DNA of 64,000 nt from Phyllobates terribilis (GCF_046119375.1 NW_027362768.1:344100001-344164000), one strand, 5' to 3'; positions 11,401-26,137 are shown, counted from the first letter of the stretch. Numbers and translations: made by a program. Notes: generated by a model from the letters alone, not told the origin.

Positions 11401-14400
11401 CAGTACTCCCTATATTAGTGCCGGTCACAGTGCATAGTAGTGCCGGTCACAGTACCCCCTATATTAGTGCGGGTCACAGTGCCCCCTATATTAGTGCCGG
11501 TCACAGTGCCCCCTATATTAGTGTCGGTCACAGTGCCCCCTATATTAGTGCCGGTCACAGTGCCCACTATATTAGTGTCGGTCACAGTGCGCCCTATATT
11601 AGTGGCGGTCACAATGCCCCCCTATATTAGTGCCGGTCACAGTGCCCCCCTATATTAGTGCCGGTCACAATGCCCCCCTATATTAGTGCCGATCACAGTG
11701 CCCCCCTATATTAGTGTCGGTCACAGTGCCCCCTATATTAGTGCTGGTCACAGTGCCCCCCTATATTAGTGCCGGTCACAGCGCCCCCTATATTAGTGCC
11801 GGTCACAGCGCCCCCTATATTTGTGCCGGTCACAGCGCCCCCTATAGTAGTGCCGATCACAGCGCCCCCTATATTAGTGCCGGTCACAGCGCCCCCTATA
11901 TTAGTGCCGGTCACAATGCCCCCTATATTAGTGCCGGTCACAGTGCCCCCCCTATATTAGTGCCGGTCACAGTGCCCCCTATATTAGTGCCGGTCACAGT
12001 GCCCCCTATAGTAGTGTCGGTCACAGTGCCCCCTATATTAGTGCCGGTCACAGTGCCCCCTATATTAGTGTCGGTCACAGTGCGCCCTATATTAGTGGCG
12101 GTCACAATGCCCCCCTATATTAGTGCCGGTCACAGTGCCCCCTATATTAGTGCCGGTCACAGTGCCCCCTATAGTAGTGCCGGTCACAGTGCCCCCTATA
12201 TTAGTGCCGGTCACAATGCCCCCTATATTAGTGCCGGTCACAGCGCCCCCTATATTAGTGCCGGTCACAGCGCCCCCCCTATATTAGTGCCGGTCACAAT
12301 GCCCCCCCTATATTAGTGCCGGTCACAGTGCCCCCTATATTAGTGCCGGTCACAGTGCCCCCTATATTAGTGCCGGTCACAGTGCCCCCTAGAGTAGTGC
12401 CGGTCACAATGCCCCATATATTAGTGCCGGTCACAGCGCCCCCTACATTAGTGCCGGTCACAACGCCCCCTATAGTAGTGCCGGTCGCAGCGCCCCCTAT
12501 ATTAGTGCCGGTCACAACGCCCCCTATATTAGTGCCGGTCACAGCGCCCCCTATATTAGTGCCGGTCACAATGCCCCCCTATATTAGTGCCGGTCACAGC
12601 GCCCTCTATATTAGTGCCGGTCACAGCGCCCCCTATATTAGTGCCGGTCACAGCGCCCCCTATATTAGTGCCGGTCACAGCGCCCTCTATATTAGTGCCG
12701 GTCACAGCGCCCTCTATATTAGTGCCGGTCACAGCGCCCCCTATATTACTGCCGGTCACAGCGCCCCCTATATTAGTGCCGGTCACAGCGTCCCCTATAT
12801 TAGTGCCGGTCACAGCGTCCCCTATATTAGTGCCGGTCACGGCGCCCCCTATATTAGTGCCGGTCACAGCGCCCCCCCTATATTAGTGCCGGTCACAATG
12901 CCCCCCCTATATTAGTGCCGGTCACAGTGCCCCCTATATTAGTGCCGGTCACAGTGCCACCTATATTAGTGCCGGTCACAGTGCCCCCTATAGTAGTGCC
13001 GGTCACAGTGCCCCCTAGAGTAGTGCCGGTCACAATGACCCCTATATTAGTGCCGGTCACAGCGCCCCCTACATTAGTGCCGGTCACAACGCCCCCTATA
13101 GTAGTGCCGGTCACAGTGCCCCCTAGAGTAGTGCCGGTCACAATGCCCCCTATATTAGTGCCGGTCACAGCGCCCCCTACATTAGTGCCGGTCACAGCGC
13201 CCCCTACATTAGTGCCGGTCACAACGCCCCCTATAGTAGTGCCGGTCGCAGCGCCCCCTATATTAGTGCCGGTCACAACGCCCCCTATATTAGTGCCGGT
13301 CACAGTGCCCCCTATATTAGTGCCGGTCACAATGCCCCCTATATTAGTGCCGGTCACAGCGCCCCCTATATTAGTGCCGGTCACAGCGCCCCCCCTATAT
13401 TAGTGCCGGTCACAATGCCCCCCCTATATTAGTGCCGGTCACAGTGCCCCCTATATTAGTGCCGGTCACAGTGCCCCCTATATTAGTGCCGGTCACAGTG
13501 CCCCCTAGAGTAGTGCCGGTCACAATGCCCCATATATTAGTGCCGGTCACAGCGCCCCCTACATTAGTGCCGGTCACAACGCCCCCTATAGTAGTGCCGG
13601 TCGCAGCGCCCCCTATATTAGTGCCGGTCACAACGCCCCCTATATTAGTGCCGGTCACAGCGCCCCCTATATTAGTGCCGGTCACAATGCCCCCCTATAT
13701 TAGTGCCGGTCACAGCGCCCTCTATATTAGTGCCGGTCACAGCGCCCCCTATATTAGTGCCGGTCACAGCGCCCCCTATATTAGTGCCGGTCACAGCGCC
13801 CTCTATATTAGTGCCGGTCACAGCGCCCCCTATATTAGTGCCGGTCACAGCGCCCCCTATATTACTGCCGGTCACAGCGCCCCCTATATTAGTGCCGGTC
13901 ACAGCGTCCCCTATATTAGTGCCGGTCACAGCGTCCCCTATATTAGTGCCGGTCACGGCGCCCCCTATATTAGTGCCGGTCACAGCGCCCCCCCTATATT
14001 AGTGCCGGTCACAATGCCCCCCCTATATTAGTGCCGGTCACAGTGCCCCCTATATTAGTGCCGGTCACAGTGCCACCTATATTAGTGCCGGTCACAGTGC
14101 CCCCTATAGTAGTGCCGGTCACAGTGCCCCCTAGAGTAGTGCCGGTCACAATGACCCCTATATTAGTGCCGGTCACAGCGCCCCCTACATTAGTGCCGGT
14201 CACAACGCCCCCTATAGTAGTGCCGGTCACAGTGCCCCCTAGAGTAGTGCCGGTCACAATGCCCCCTATATTAGTGCCGGTCACAGCGCCCCCTATATTA
14301 GTGCCGGTCACAGCGCCCCCTATATTTGTGCCGGTCACAGCGCCCCCTATAGTAGTGCCGATCACAGCGCCCCCTATATTAGTGCCGGTCACAGCGCCCC

Positions 14401-17400
14401 CTATATTAGTGCCGGTCACAATGCCCCCTATATTAGTGCCGGTCACAGTGCCCCCCCTATATTAGTGCCGGTCACAGTGCCCCCTATATTAGTGCCGGTC
14501 ACAGTGCCCCCTATAGTAGTGTCGGTCACAGTGCCCCCTATATTAGTGCCGGTCACAGTGCCCCCTATATTAGTGTCGGTCACAGTGCGCCCTATATTAG
14601 TGGCGGTCACAATGCCCCCCTATATTAGTGCCGGTCACAGTGCCCCCTATATTAGTGCCGGTCACAGTGCCCCCTATAGTAGTGCCGGTCACAGTGCCCC
14701 CTATATTAGTGCCGGTCACAATGCCCCCTATATTAGTGCCGGTCACAGCGCCCCCTATATTAGTGCCGGTCACAGCGCCCCCCCTATATTAGTGCCGGTC
14801 ACAATGCCCCCCCTATATTAGTGCCGGTCACAGTGCCCCCTATATTAGTGCCGGTCACAGTGCCCCCTATATTAGTGCCGGTCACAGTGCCCCCTAGAGT
14901 AGTGCCGGTCACAATGCCCCATATATTAGTGCCGGTCACAGCGCCCCCTACATTAGTGCCGGTCACAACGCCCCCTATAGTAGTGCCGGTCGCAGCGCCC
15001 CCTATATTAGTGCCGGTCACAACGCCCCCTATATTAGTGCCGGTCACAGCGCCCCCTATATTAGTGCCGGTCACAATGCCCCCCTATATTAGTGCCGGTC
15101 ACAGCGCCCTCTATATTAGTGCCGGTCACAGCGCCCCCTATATTAGTGCCGGTCACAGCGCCCCCTATATTAGTGCCGGTCACAGCGCCCTCTATATTAG
15201 TGCCGGTCACAGCGCCCCCTATATTAGTGCCGGTCACAGCGCCCCCTATATTACTGCCGGTCACAGCGCCCCCTATATTAGTGCCGGTCACAGCGTCCCC
15301 TATATTAGTGCCGGTCACAGCGTCCCCTATATTAGTGCCGGTCACGGCGCCCCCTATATTAGTGCCGGTCACAGCGCCCCCCCTATATTAGTGCCGGTCA
15401 CAATGCCCCCCCTATATTAGTGCCGGTCACAGTGCCCCCTATATTAGTGCCGGTCACAGTGCCACCTATATTAGTGCCGGTCACAGTGCCCCCTATAGTA
15501 GTGCCGGTCACAGTGCCCCCTAGAGTAGTGCCGGTCACAATGACCCCTATATTAGTGCCGGTCACAGCGCCCCCTACATTAGTGCCGGTCACAACGCCCC
15601 CTATAGTAGTGCCGGTCACAGTGCCCCCTAGAGTAGTGCCGGTCACAATGCCCCCTATATTAGTGCCGGTCACAGCGCCCCCTACATTAGTGCCGGTCAC
15701 AGCGCCCCCTACATTAGTGCCGGTCACAACGCCCCCTATAGTAGTGCCGGTCGCAGCGCCCCCTATATTAGTGCCGGTCACAACGCCCCCTATATTAGTG
15801 CCGGTCACAGTGCCCCCTATATTAGTGCCGGTCACAATGCCCCCTATATTAGTGCCGGTCACAGCGCCCCCTATATTAGTGCCGGTCACAGCGCCCCCCC
15901 TATATTAGTGCCGGTCACAATGCCCCCCCTATATTAGTGCCGGTCATAGTGCCCCCTATATTAGTGCCGGTCACAGTGCCCCCTATATTAGTGCCGGTCA
16001 CAGTGCCCCCTAGAGTAGTGCCGGTCACAATGCCCCATATATTAGTGCCGGTCACAGCGCCCCCTACATTAGTGCCGGTCACAACGCCCCCTATAGTAGT
16101 GCCGGTCGCAGCGCCCCCTATATTAGTGCCGGTCACAACGCCCCCTATATTAGTGCCGGTCACAGCGCCCCCTATATTAGTGCCGGTCACAATGCCCCCC
16201 TATATTAGTGCCGGTCACAGCGCCCTCTATATTAGTGCCGGTCACAGCGCCCCCTATATTAGTGCCGGTCACAGCGCCCCCTATATTAGTGCCGGTCACA
16301 GCGCCCTCTATATTAGTGCCGGTCACAGCGCCCCCTATATTAGTGCCGGTCACAGCGCCCCCTATATTACTGCCGGTCACAGCGCCCCCTATATTAGTGC
16401 CGGTCACAGCGTCCACTATATTAGTGCCGGTCACAGCGTCCCCTATATTAGTGCCGGTCACGGCGCCCCCTATATTAGTGCCGGTCACAGCGCCCCCCCT
16501 ATATTAGTGCCGGTCACAATGCCCCCCCTATATTAGTGCCGGTCACAGTGCCCCCTATATTAGTGCCGGTCACAGTGCCACCTATATTAGTGCCGGTCAC
16601 AGTGCCCCCTATAGTAGTGCCGGTCACAGTGCCCCCTAGAGTAGTGCCGGTCACAATGACCCCTATATTAGTGCCGGTCACAGCGCCCCCTACATTAGTG
16701 CCGGTCACAACGCCCCCTATAGTAGTGCCGGTCACAGTGCCCCCTAGAGTAGTGCCGGTCACAATGCCCCCTATATTAGTGCCGGTCACAGCGCCCCCTA
16801 CATTAGTGCCGGTCACAGCGCCCCCTACATTAGTGCCGGTCACAACGCCCCCTATAGTAGTGCCGGTCGCAGCGCCCCCTATATTAGTGCCGGTCACAAC
16901 GCCCCCTATATTAGTGCCGGTCACAGTGCCCCCTAGAGTAGTGCCGGTCACAATGCCCCCTATATTAGTGCCGGTCACAGCGCCCCCTACATTAGTGCCG
17001 GTCACAACGCCCCCTATAGTAGTGCCGGTCGCAGCGCCCCCTATATTAGTGCCGGTCACAGCGCCCCCTACATTAGTGCCGGTCACAACGCCCCCTATAG
17101 TAGTGCCGGTCACAGTGCCCCCTAGAGTAGTGCCGGTCACAACGCCCCCTATAGTAGTGCCGGTCGCAGCGCCCCCTATATTAGTGCCGGTCACAACGCC
17201 CCCTATATTAGTGCCGGTCACAATGCCCCCCTATATTAGTGCCGGTCACAGCGCCCTCTATATTAGTGCCGGTCACAGCGCCCCCTATATTAGTGCCGGT
17301 CACAGCGCCCCCTATATTAGTGCCGGTCACAGCGCCCTCTATATTAGTGCCGGTCACAGCGCCCCCTATATTAGTGCCGGTCACAGCGCCCCCTATATTA

Positions 17401-20400
17401 CTGCCGGTCACAGCGCCCCCTATATTAGTGCCGGTCACAGCGTCCCCTATATTAGTGCCGGTCACAGTGTCCCCTATATTAGTGCCGGTCAAAGCGTCCC
17501 CTATATTAGTGCCGGTCAAAGCGTCTCCAATATTAGTGCCAGTCAAAGCGTCTCCAATATTTGTGCCGGTCACAGTGCCCCCCTATATTAGCGCCGGTCA
17601 CAGCGCCCCCTATATTAGTGCCGGTCACAGTGCCCCCTATATTAGTGCCGGTCACAGTGCCCCCTATATTAGTGCCGGTCACAGTGCCCCCTATATTAGT
17701 GCCGGTCACAGCACCCCCTATATTAGTGCCGGTCACAGTGCCCCCTATATTAGTGCCAATCACAACACCCCCTATATTAGTGCCGGTCACAATGCCCCCC
17801 CTATATTAGTGCCGGTCACAGTGCCCCCTATATTAGTGCCGGTCACAGTGCCCCCTATATTAGTGCCAATCACAACACCCCCTATATTAGTGCCGGTCAC
17901 AATGCCCCCCCTATATTAGTGCCGGTCACAGTGCCCCCTATATTAGTGCCAATCACAACGCCCCCTATATTAGTGCCGGTCACAATGCCCCCCCTATATT
18001 AGTGCCGGTCACAGTGCCCCCTATATTAGTGCCGGTCACAGTGCCCCCTATATTAGTGCCAATCACAACACCCCCTATATTAGTGCCGGTCACAATGCCC
18101 CCCCTATATTAGTGCCAGTCACAGTGCCCCCTATATTAGTGCCAATCACAACGCCCCCTATATTAGTGCCGGTCACAATGCCCCCCCTATATTAGTGCCG
18201 GTCACAATGCCGCCCCTATATTAGTGCCGGTCACAGTGCCCCCTATATTAGTGCCGGTCACAGTGCCCCCTATATTAGTGCCAATCACAATGCCCCCATA
18301 TATTAGTGCCAGTCACAGTGCCCCCCTATATTAGTGCCGGTCACAGTGCCCCCTATATTAGTGTCGGTCACAGTGCCCCCTATATTAGTGCCAGTCACAG
18401 TGCCCCCCTACATTAGTGCCGGTCACAGTGCCCCCTATATTAGTGTCGGTCACAGTGCCCCCTATATTAGTGCCGGTCACAGTGCCCCCTATATTAGTGC
18501 CGGTCACAGTGCCCCCTATATTAGTGTCGGTCACAGTGCCCCCTATATTAGTGCCAATCACAATGCCCCCCTATATTAGTGCCAGTCACAGTGCCCCCCT
18601 ATATAAGTGCTGGTCACAGTGCCCCCTATATTAGTGTCGGTCACAGTGCCCCCTATATTAGTGCCGGTCACAGTGCCCCCCTACATTAGTGCCGGTCACA
18701 GTGCCCCCTATATTAGTGCCGGTCACAGTGCCCCCTATATTAGTGTCGGTCACAGTGCCCCCTATATTAGTGCCGGTCACAGTGCCCCCTATATTAGTGT
18801 CGGTCACAGTGCGCCCTATATTAGTGCCGGTCACAATGCCCCCCTATATTAGTGCCGGTCACAGTGCCCCCCTATATTAGTGCCGGTCACAATGCCCCCC
18901 TATATTAGTGCCGATCACAGTGCCCCCCTATATTAGTGCCGGTCACAGTGCCCCCTATATTAGTGCTGGTCACAGTGCCCCCTATATTAGTGCCGGTCAC
19001 AGTGCCCCCTATAGTAGTGCCGGTCACAGCGCCCCCTATAGTAGTGCCGGTCACAATGCCCCCTATATTAGTGCCGGTCACAGCGCCCCCTATATTAGTG
19101 CCGGTCACAATGCCCCCCCTATATTAGTGCCGATCACAGTGCCCCCTATATTAGTGCCGGTCACAGTGCCCCCTATAGTAGTGCCGGTCACAGAGCCTCC
19201 TAGAGTAGTGCCGGTCACAACGCCCCCTATATTAGTGCCGGTCGCAACGCCCCCTACATTAGTGCCGGTCACAACGCCCCTTATAGTAGTGCCGATCGCA
19301 GGGTCCCCTATATTAGTGCCGGTCACAACGCCCCCTATATTAGTGCCGGTCACAGCGCCCCCTATTTTAGTGCCGGTCACAATGCCCCCCTATATTAGTG
19401 CCGGTCACAGTGCCCTCTATATTAGTGCCGGTCACAGTGCCCCCTATATTAGTGCCGGTCACAGCGCCCCCTATATTAGTGCCGGTCACAGCGCCCTCTA
19501 TATTAGTGCCGGTCACAGTGCCCCCTATTTTACTGCCGGTCACAGAGCCCCCTAGAGTAGTGCCGGTCACAACGCCCCCTATATTAGTGCCGGTCAAAGC
19601 GTCTCCAATATTAGTGCCGGTCAAAGCGTCTCCAATATTTGTGCCGGTCACAGTGCCCCCCTATAGTAATGCCGGTCACAGTGCCCCCCCTATAGTAGTG
19701 CCGGTCACAGTGCCCCCCTATAGTAGTGCCGGTCACAGTGCCGGTCACAGTGCCCCCCTATAGTAGTGCCGGTCACAGTGCCCCCTATAGTAGTGCCGGT
19801 CACAGTGCCCCCTATAGTAGCGCCGGTCACAGTGCCCCCCTACATTAGTGCCGGTCACAGTGCCCCCCTATATTAGTGCCGGTCACAGTGCCCCCTATAT
19901 TAGTGCCGGTCACAGTGCCCTCTATATTAGTGCCGGTCACAGTGCCCCCCTATATTAGTGCCAGTCACAGTGCCCCCCTATATTAGTGCGGGTCACAGTA
20001 CTCCCTATATTAGTGCCGGTCACAGTGCATAGTAGTGCCGGTCACAGTACCCCCTATATTAGTGCGGGTCACAGTGCCCCCTATATTAGTGCCGGTCACA
20101 GTGCCCCCTATATTAGTGTCGGTCACAGTGCCCCCTATATTAGTACCGGTCACAGTGCCCACTATATTAGTGTCGGTCACAGTGCGCCCTATATTAGTGG
20201 CGGTCACAATGCCCCCCTATATTAGTGCCGGTCACAGTGCCCCCCTATATTAGTGCCGGTCACAATGCCCCCCTATATTAGTGCCGATCACAGTGCCCCC
20301 CTATATTAGTGCCGGTCACAGTGCCCCCTATATTAGTGCTGGTCACAGTGCCCCCCTATATTAGTGCCGGTCACAGCGCCCCCTATATTAGTGCCGGTCA

Positions 20401-23400
20401 CAGCGCCCCCTATATTTGTGCCGGTCACAGCGCCCCCTATAGTAGTGCCGATCACAGCGCCCCCTAAATTAGTGCCGGTCACAGCGCCCCCTATATTAGT
20501 GCCGGTCACAATGCCCCCTATATTAGTGCCGGTCACAGTGCCCCCCCTATATTAGTGCCGGTCACAGTGCCCCCTATATTAGTGCCGGTCACAGTGCCCC
20601 CTATAGTAGTGTCGGTCACAGTGCCCCCTATATTAGTGCCGGTCACAGTGCCCCCTATATTAGTGTCGGTCACAGTGCGCCCTATATTAGTGGCGGTCAC
20701 AATGCCCCCCTATATTAGTGCCGGTCACAGTGCCCCCTATATTAGTGCCGGTCACAGTGCCCCCTATAGTAGTGCCGGTCACAGTGCCCCCTATATTAGT
20801 GCCGGTCACAATGCCCCCTATATTAGTGCCGGTCACAGCGCCCCCTATATTAGTGCCGGTCACAGCGCCCCCCCTATATTAGTGCCGGTCACAATGCCCC
20901 CCTATATTAGTGCCGGTCACAGTGCCCCCTATATTAGTGCCGGTCACAGTGCCCCCTATATTAGTGCCGGTCACAGTGCCCCCTAGAGTAGTGCCGGTCA
21001 CAATGCCCCATATATTAGTGCCGGTCACAGCGCCCCCTACATTAGTGCCGGTCACAACGCCCCCTATAGTAGTGCCGGTCGCAGCGCCCCCTATATTAGT
21101 GACGGTCACAACGCCCCCTATATTAGTGCCGGTCACAGCGCCCCCTATATTAGTGCCGGTCACAATGCCCCCCTATATTAGTGCCGGTCACAGCGCCCTC
21201 TATATTAGTGCCGGTCACAGCGCCCCCTATATTAGTGCCGGTCACAGCGCCCCCTATATTAGTGCCGGTCACAGCGCCCTCTATATTAGTGCCGGTCACA
21301 GCGCCCCCTATATTAGTGCCGGTCACAGCGCCCCCTATATTACTGCCGGTCACAGCGCCCCCTATATTAGTGCCGGTCACAGCGTCCCCTATATTAGTGC
21401 CGGTCACAGCGTCCCCTATATTAGTGCCGGTCACGGCGCCCCCTATATTAGTGCCGGTCACAGCGCCCCCCCTATATTAGTGCCGGTCACAATGCCCCCC
21501 CTATATTAGTGCCGGTCACAGTGCCCCCTATATTAGTGCCGGTCACAGTGCCACCTATATTAGTGCCGGTCACAGTGCCCCCTATAGTAGTGCCGGTCAC
21601 AGTGCCCCCTAGAGTAGTGCCGGTCACAATGACCCCTATATTAGTGCCGGTCACAGCGCCCCCTACATTAGTGCCGGTCACAACGCCCCCTATAGTAGTG
21701 CCGGTCACAGTGCCCCCTAGAGTAGTGCCGGTCACAATGCCCCCTATATTAGTGCCGGTCACAGCGCCCCCTACATTAGTGCCGGTCACAGCGCCCCCTA
21801 CATTAGTGCCGGTCACAACGCCCCCTATAGTAGTGCCGGTCGCAGCGCCCCCTATATTAGTGCCGGTCACAACGCCCCCTATATTAGTGCCGGTCACAGT
21901 GCCCCCTAGAGTAGTGCCGGTCACAATGCCCCCTATATTAGTGCCGGTCACAGCGCCCCCTACATTAGTGCCGGTCACAACGCCCCCTATAGTAGTGCCG
22001 GTCGCAGCGCCCCCTATATTAGTGCCGGTCACAGCGCCCCCTACATTAGTGCTGGTCACAACGCCCCCTATAGTAGTGCCGGTCACAGTGCCCCCTAGAG
22101 TAGTGCCGGTCACAACGCCCCCTATAGTAGTGCCGGTCGCAGCGCCCCCTATATTAGTGCCGGTCACAACGCCCCCTATATTAGTGCCGGTCACAATGCC
22201 CCCCTATATTAGTGCCGGTCACAGCGCCCTCTATATTAGTGCCGGTCACAGCGCCCCCTATATTAGTGCCGGTCACAGCGCCCCCTATATTAGTGCCGGT
22301 CACAGCGCCCTCTATATTAGTGCCGGTCACAGCGCCCCCTATATTAGTGCCGGTCACAGCGCCCCCTATATTACTGCCGGTCACAGCGCCCCCTATATTA
22401 GTGCCGGTCACAGCGTCCCCTATATTAGTGCCGGTCACAGTGTCCCCTATATTAGTGCCGGTCAAAGCGTCCCCTATATTAGTGCCGGTCAAAGCGTCTC
22501 CAATATTAGTGCCAGTCAAAGCGTCTCCAATATTTGTGCCGGTCACAGTGGCCCCCTATAGTAGTGCCGGTCACATTGCCCCCCTATAGTAGTGCCGGTC
22601 ACAGTGCCCCCTATAGTAGTGCCGGTCACAGTGCCCCCTATAGTAACGCCGGTCACAGTGCCCCCATACATTAGTGCCGGTCACAGTGCCCCCCTATATT
22701 AGTGCCGGTCACAGTGCCCCCCTATAGTAGTGCCGGTCACAGTGCCAGTCACAGTGCCCCCCTATAGTAGTGCCGGTCACAGTGCCCCCTATAGTAGTGC
22801 CGGTCACAGTGCCCCCTATAGTAGCGCCGGTCACAGTGCCCCCCTACATTAGTGCCGGTCACAGTGCCCCCCTATATTAGTGCCGGTCACAGTGCCCCCT
22901 ATATTAGTGCCGGTCACAGTGCCCCCCTATAGTAGTGCCGGTCACAGTGCCCCCCTATAGTAGTGCCGGTCACAGTGCCCCCTATAGTAGTGCCGGTCAC
23001 AATGCCCCCTATAGTAGCGCCGGTCACAGTGCCCCCCTACATTAGTGCCGGTCACAGTACCCCCCTATATTAGTGCCGGTCACAGTGCCCCCTATATTAG
23101 TGCCGGTCACAGTGCCCCCTATATTAGTGCCGGTCACAGTGCCCCCCTATATTAGTGCCAGTCACAGTGCCCCCCTATATTAGTGCGGGTCACAGTACCC
23201 CCTATATTAGTGCCGGTCACAGTGCATAGTAGTGCCGGTCACAGTACCCCCTATATTAGTGCGGGTCACATTGCCCCCTATATTAGTGCCGGTCACAGTG
23301 CCCCCTATATTAGTGTCGGTCACAGTGCCCCCTATATTAGTGCCGGTCACAGTGCCCCCTATATTAGTGTCGGTCACAGAGCGCCCTATATTAGTGGCGG

Positions 23401-26127
23401 TCACAATGCCCCCCTATATTAGTGCCGGTCACAGTGCCCCCCTATATTAGTGCCGGTCACAATGCCCCCCTATATTAGTGCCGATCACAGTGCCCCCCTA
23501 TATTAGTGCCGGTCACAGTGCCCCCTATATTAGTGCTGGTCACAGTGCCCCCCTATATTAGTGCCGGTCACAGCGCCCCCTATATTAGTGCCGGTCACAG
23601 CGCCCCCTATATTTGTGCCGGTCACAGCGCCCCCTATAGTAGTGCCGGTCACAGCGCCCCCTATATTAGTGCCGGTCACAATGCCCCCTATATTAGTGCC
23701 GGTCACAGCGCCCCCTATATTAGTGCCGGTCACAATGCCCCCCCTATATTAGTGCCGGTCACAGTGCCCCCTATATTAGTGCCGGTCACAGTGCCCCCTA
23801 TAGTAGTGTCGGTCACAGTGCCCCCTATATTAGTGCCGGTCACAGTGCCCCCTATATTAGTGGCGGTCACAGTGCGCCCTATATTAGTGGCGGTCACAAT
23901 GCCCCCCTATATTAGTGCCGGTCACAGTGCCCCCCTATATTAGTGCCGGTCACAATGCCCCCCTATATTAGTGCCGATCACAGTGCCCCCCTATATTACT
24001 GCCGGTCACAGCGTCCCCTATATTACTGCCGGTCACAGCGCCCCCTATATTAGTGCCGGTCACAGCGTCCCCTATATTAGTGCCGGTCACAGCGTCCCCT
24101 ATATTAGTGCCGGTCAAAGCGTCTCCAATATTAGTGCCGGTCAAAGCGTCTCCAATATTTGTGCCGGTCACAGTGCCCCCCTATAGTAGTGCCGGTCACG
24201 GTGCCCCCCCTATATTAGTGCCGGTCACAGTGCCCCCCTATAGTAGTGCCGGTCACAGTGCCGGTCACAGTGCCCCCCTATAGTAGTGCCGGTCACAGTA
24301 CCCCCTATAGTAGCGCCGGTCACAGTGCCCCCCTATATTAGTGCCGGTCACAGTGCCCCCTATATTAGTGCCGGTCACAGTGACCCCTATATTAGTGCCA
24401 GTCACAGTGCCCCCCTATATTAGTGCGGGTCACAGTACCCCCTATATTAGTGCCGGTCACAGTGCATAGTAGTGCGGGTCACAGTACCCCCTATATTAGT
24501 GCGGGTCACAGTGCCCCCTATATTAGTGCCGGTCACAGTGCCCCCTATATTAGTGTCGGTCACAGTGCCCCCTATATTAGTGCCGGTCACAGTGCCCCCT
24601 ATATTAGTGTCGGTCACAGTGCGCCCTATATTAGTGGCGGTCACAATGCCCCCCTATATTAGTGCCGGTCACAGTGCCCCCCTATATTAGTGCCGGTCAC
24701 AATGCCCCCCTATATTAGTGCCGATCACAGTGCCCCCCTATATTAGTGCCGGTCACAGCGCCCCCTATATTAGTGCCGGAAACAGTGCCCCCCTATATTA
24801 GTGCCGGTCACAGCGCCCCCTATATTTGTGCCGGTCACAGCGCCCCCTATAGTTGTGCCGGTCACAGCGCCCCCTATATTAGTGCCGGTCACAGTGCCCC
24901 CTATATTAGTGCCGGTCACAGTGCCCCCTATATTAGTACCGGTCACAGTGCCTCCTATAGTAGCGCCGGTCACAGTGCCCCCTATATTAGTGCCGGTCAC
25001 AGTGCCTCCTATATTAGTGCCGGTCACAGTGCCTCCTATAGTAGCGCCGGTCACAGTGCCCCCTATATTAGCGCCGGTCACAGTGCCCCCTATATTAGTG
25101 CCGGTCACAGTGCCCCCTATATTAGTGCCGGTCACAGTGCCCCCTATATTAGTGCCGGTCACAGTGCCCCCTATATTAGTGCCGGTCACAGTGCCCCCTA
25201 TATTAGTGCCGGTCACAGTGCCTCCTATAGTAGCGCCGGTCACAGTGCCCCCTATATTAGTGCCGGTCACAGTGCCTCCTATATTAGTGCCGGTCACAGT
25301 GCCCCCTATATTAGTGCCGGTCACAATGCCCCCCCTATATTAGTGCCGGTCACAGTGCCCCCTATATTAGTGCCGGTCACAGTGCCTCCTATATTAGTGC
25401 CGGTCACAGTGCCCCCTATATTAGTGCCGGTCACAGTGCCCCCTATATTAGTGCCGGTCACAGTGCCTCCTATAGTAGCGCCGGTCACAGTGCCTCCTAT
25501 AGTAGCGCCAATCACAGTGCCTCCTATATTAGCGCCGGTCACAGTGCCCCCTATATTAGCGCCGGTCACAGTGCCCCCTATATTAGCGCCGGTCACAGTG
25601 CCCCCTATAGTAGCGCCAATCACAGTGCCTCCTATATTAGCGCCGGTCACAGTACCCTCTATATTAGCGCCGGTCACAGTGCCCCCTATATTAGCGCCGG
25701 TCACAGTGCCCCCTATATTAGCGCCGGTCACAGTGCCCCCTATATTAGCGCCGGTCACGGTGCCCCCTACATTAGTGCCGGTCACAGTGCCCCCTACATT
25801 AGTGCCGGTCACAGTGCCCCCTATATTAGCGCCGGTCACAGTGCCCCCTACATTAGTGCCGGTCACAGTGCCTCCTACATTAGTGCCGGTCACAGTGCCC
25901 CCTATATTAGCGCCGGTCACAGTACCCTCTATATTAGCGCCGGTCACAGTGCCCCCTATATTAGCGCCGGTCACAGTGCCCCCTATATTAGTGCCGGTCA
26001 CAGCGCCCCCTATATTAGCGCCGGTCACAGTGCCCCCTACATTAGTGCCGGTCACAGTGCCTCCTACATTAGTGCCGGTCACAGTACCCTCTATAGTAGT
26101 GCCAGTCACAGTGCCCCTATATAAGTG
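8466..26127. repeat. 27-bp tandem satellite, ~17.7 kb, ~650 units, with higher-order repeats
   Basis: Consensus TATATTAGTGCCGGTCACAGTGCCCCC. The C-run varies, giving 27-29-bp units. Continuous from 8466 to ~26127 with no unique spacers. Confidence 0.98.
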
Positions 26128-26137
26128 TCTTATGCTC

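Noticed and set aside
8466-26127. CRISPR-like appearance of ~27-bp repeats
   Set aside because: Units are directly adjacent with no unique spacers, there are no cas genes, and the context is a vertebrate locus with spliceosomal introns.
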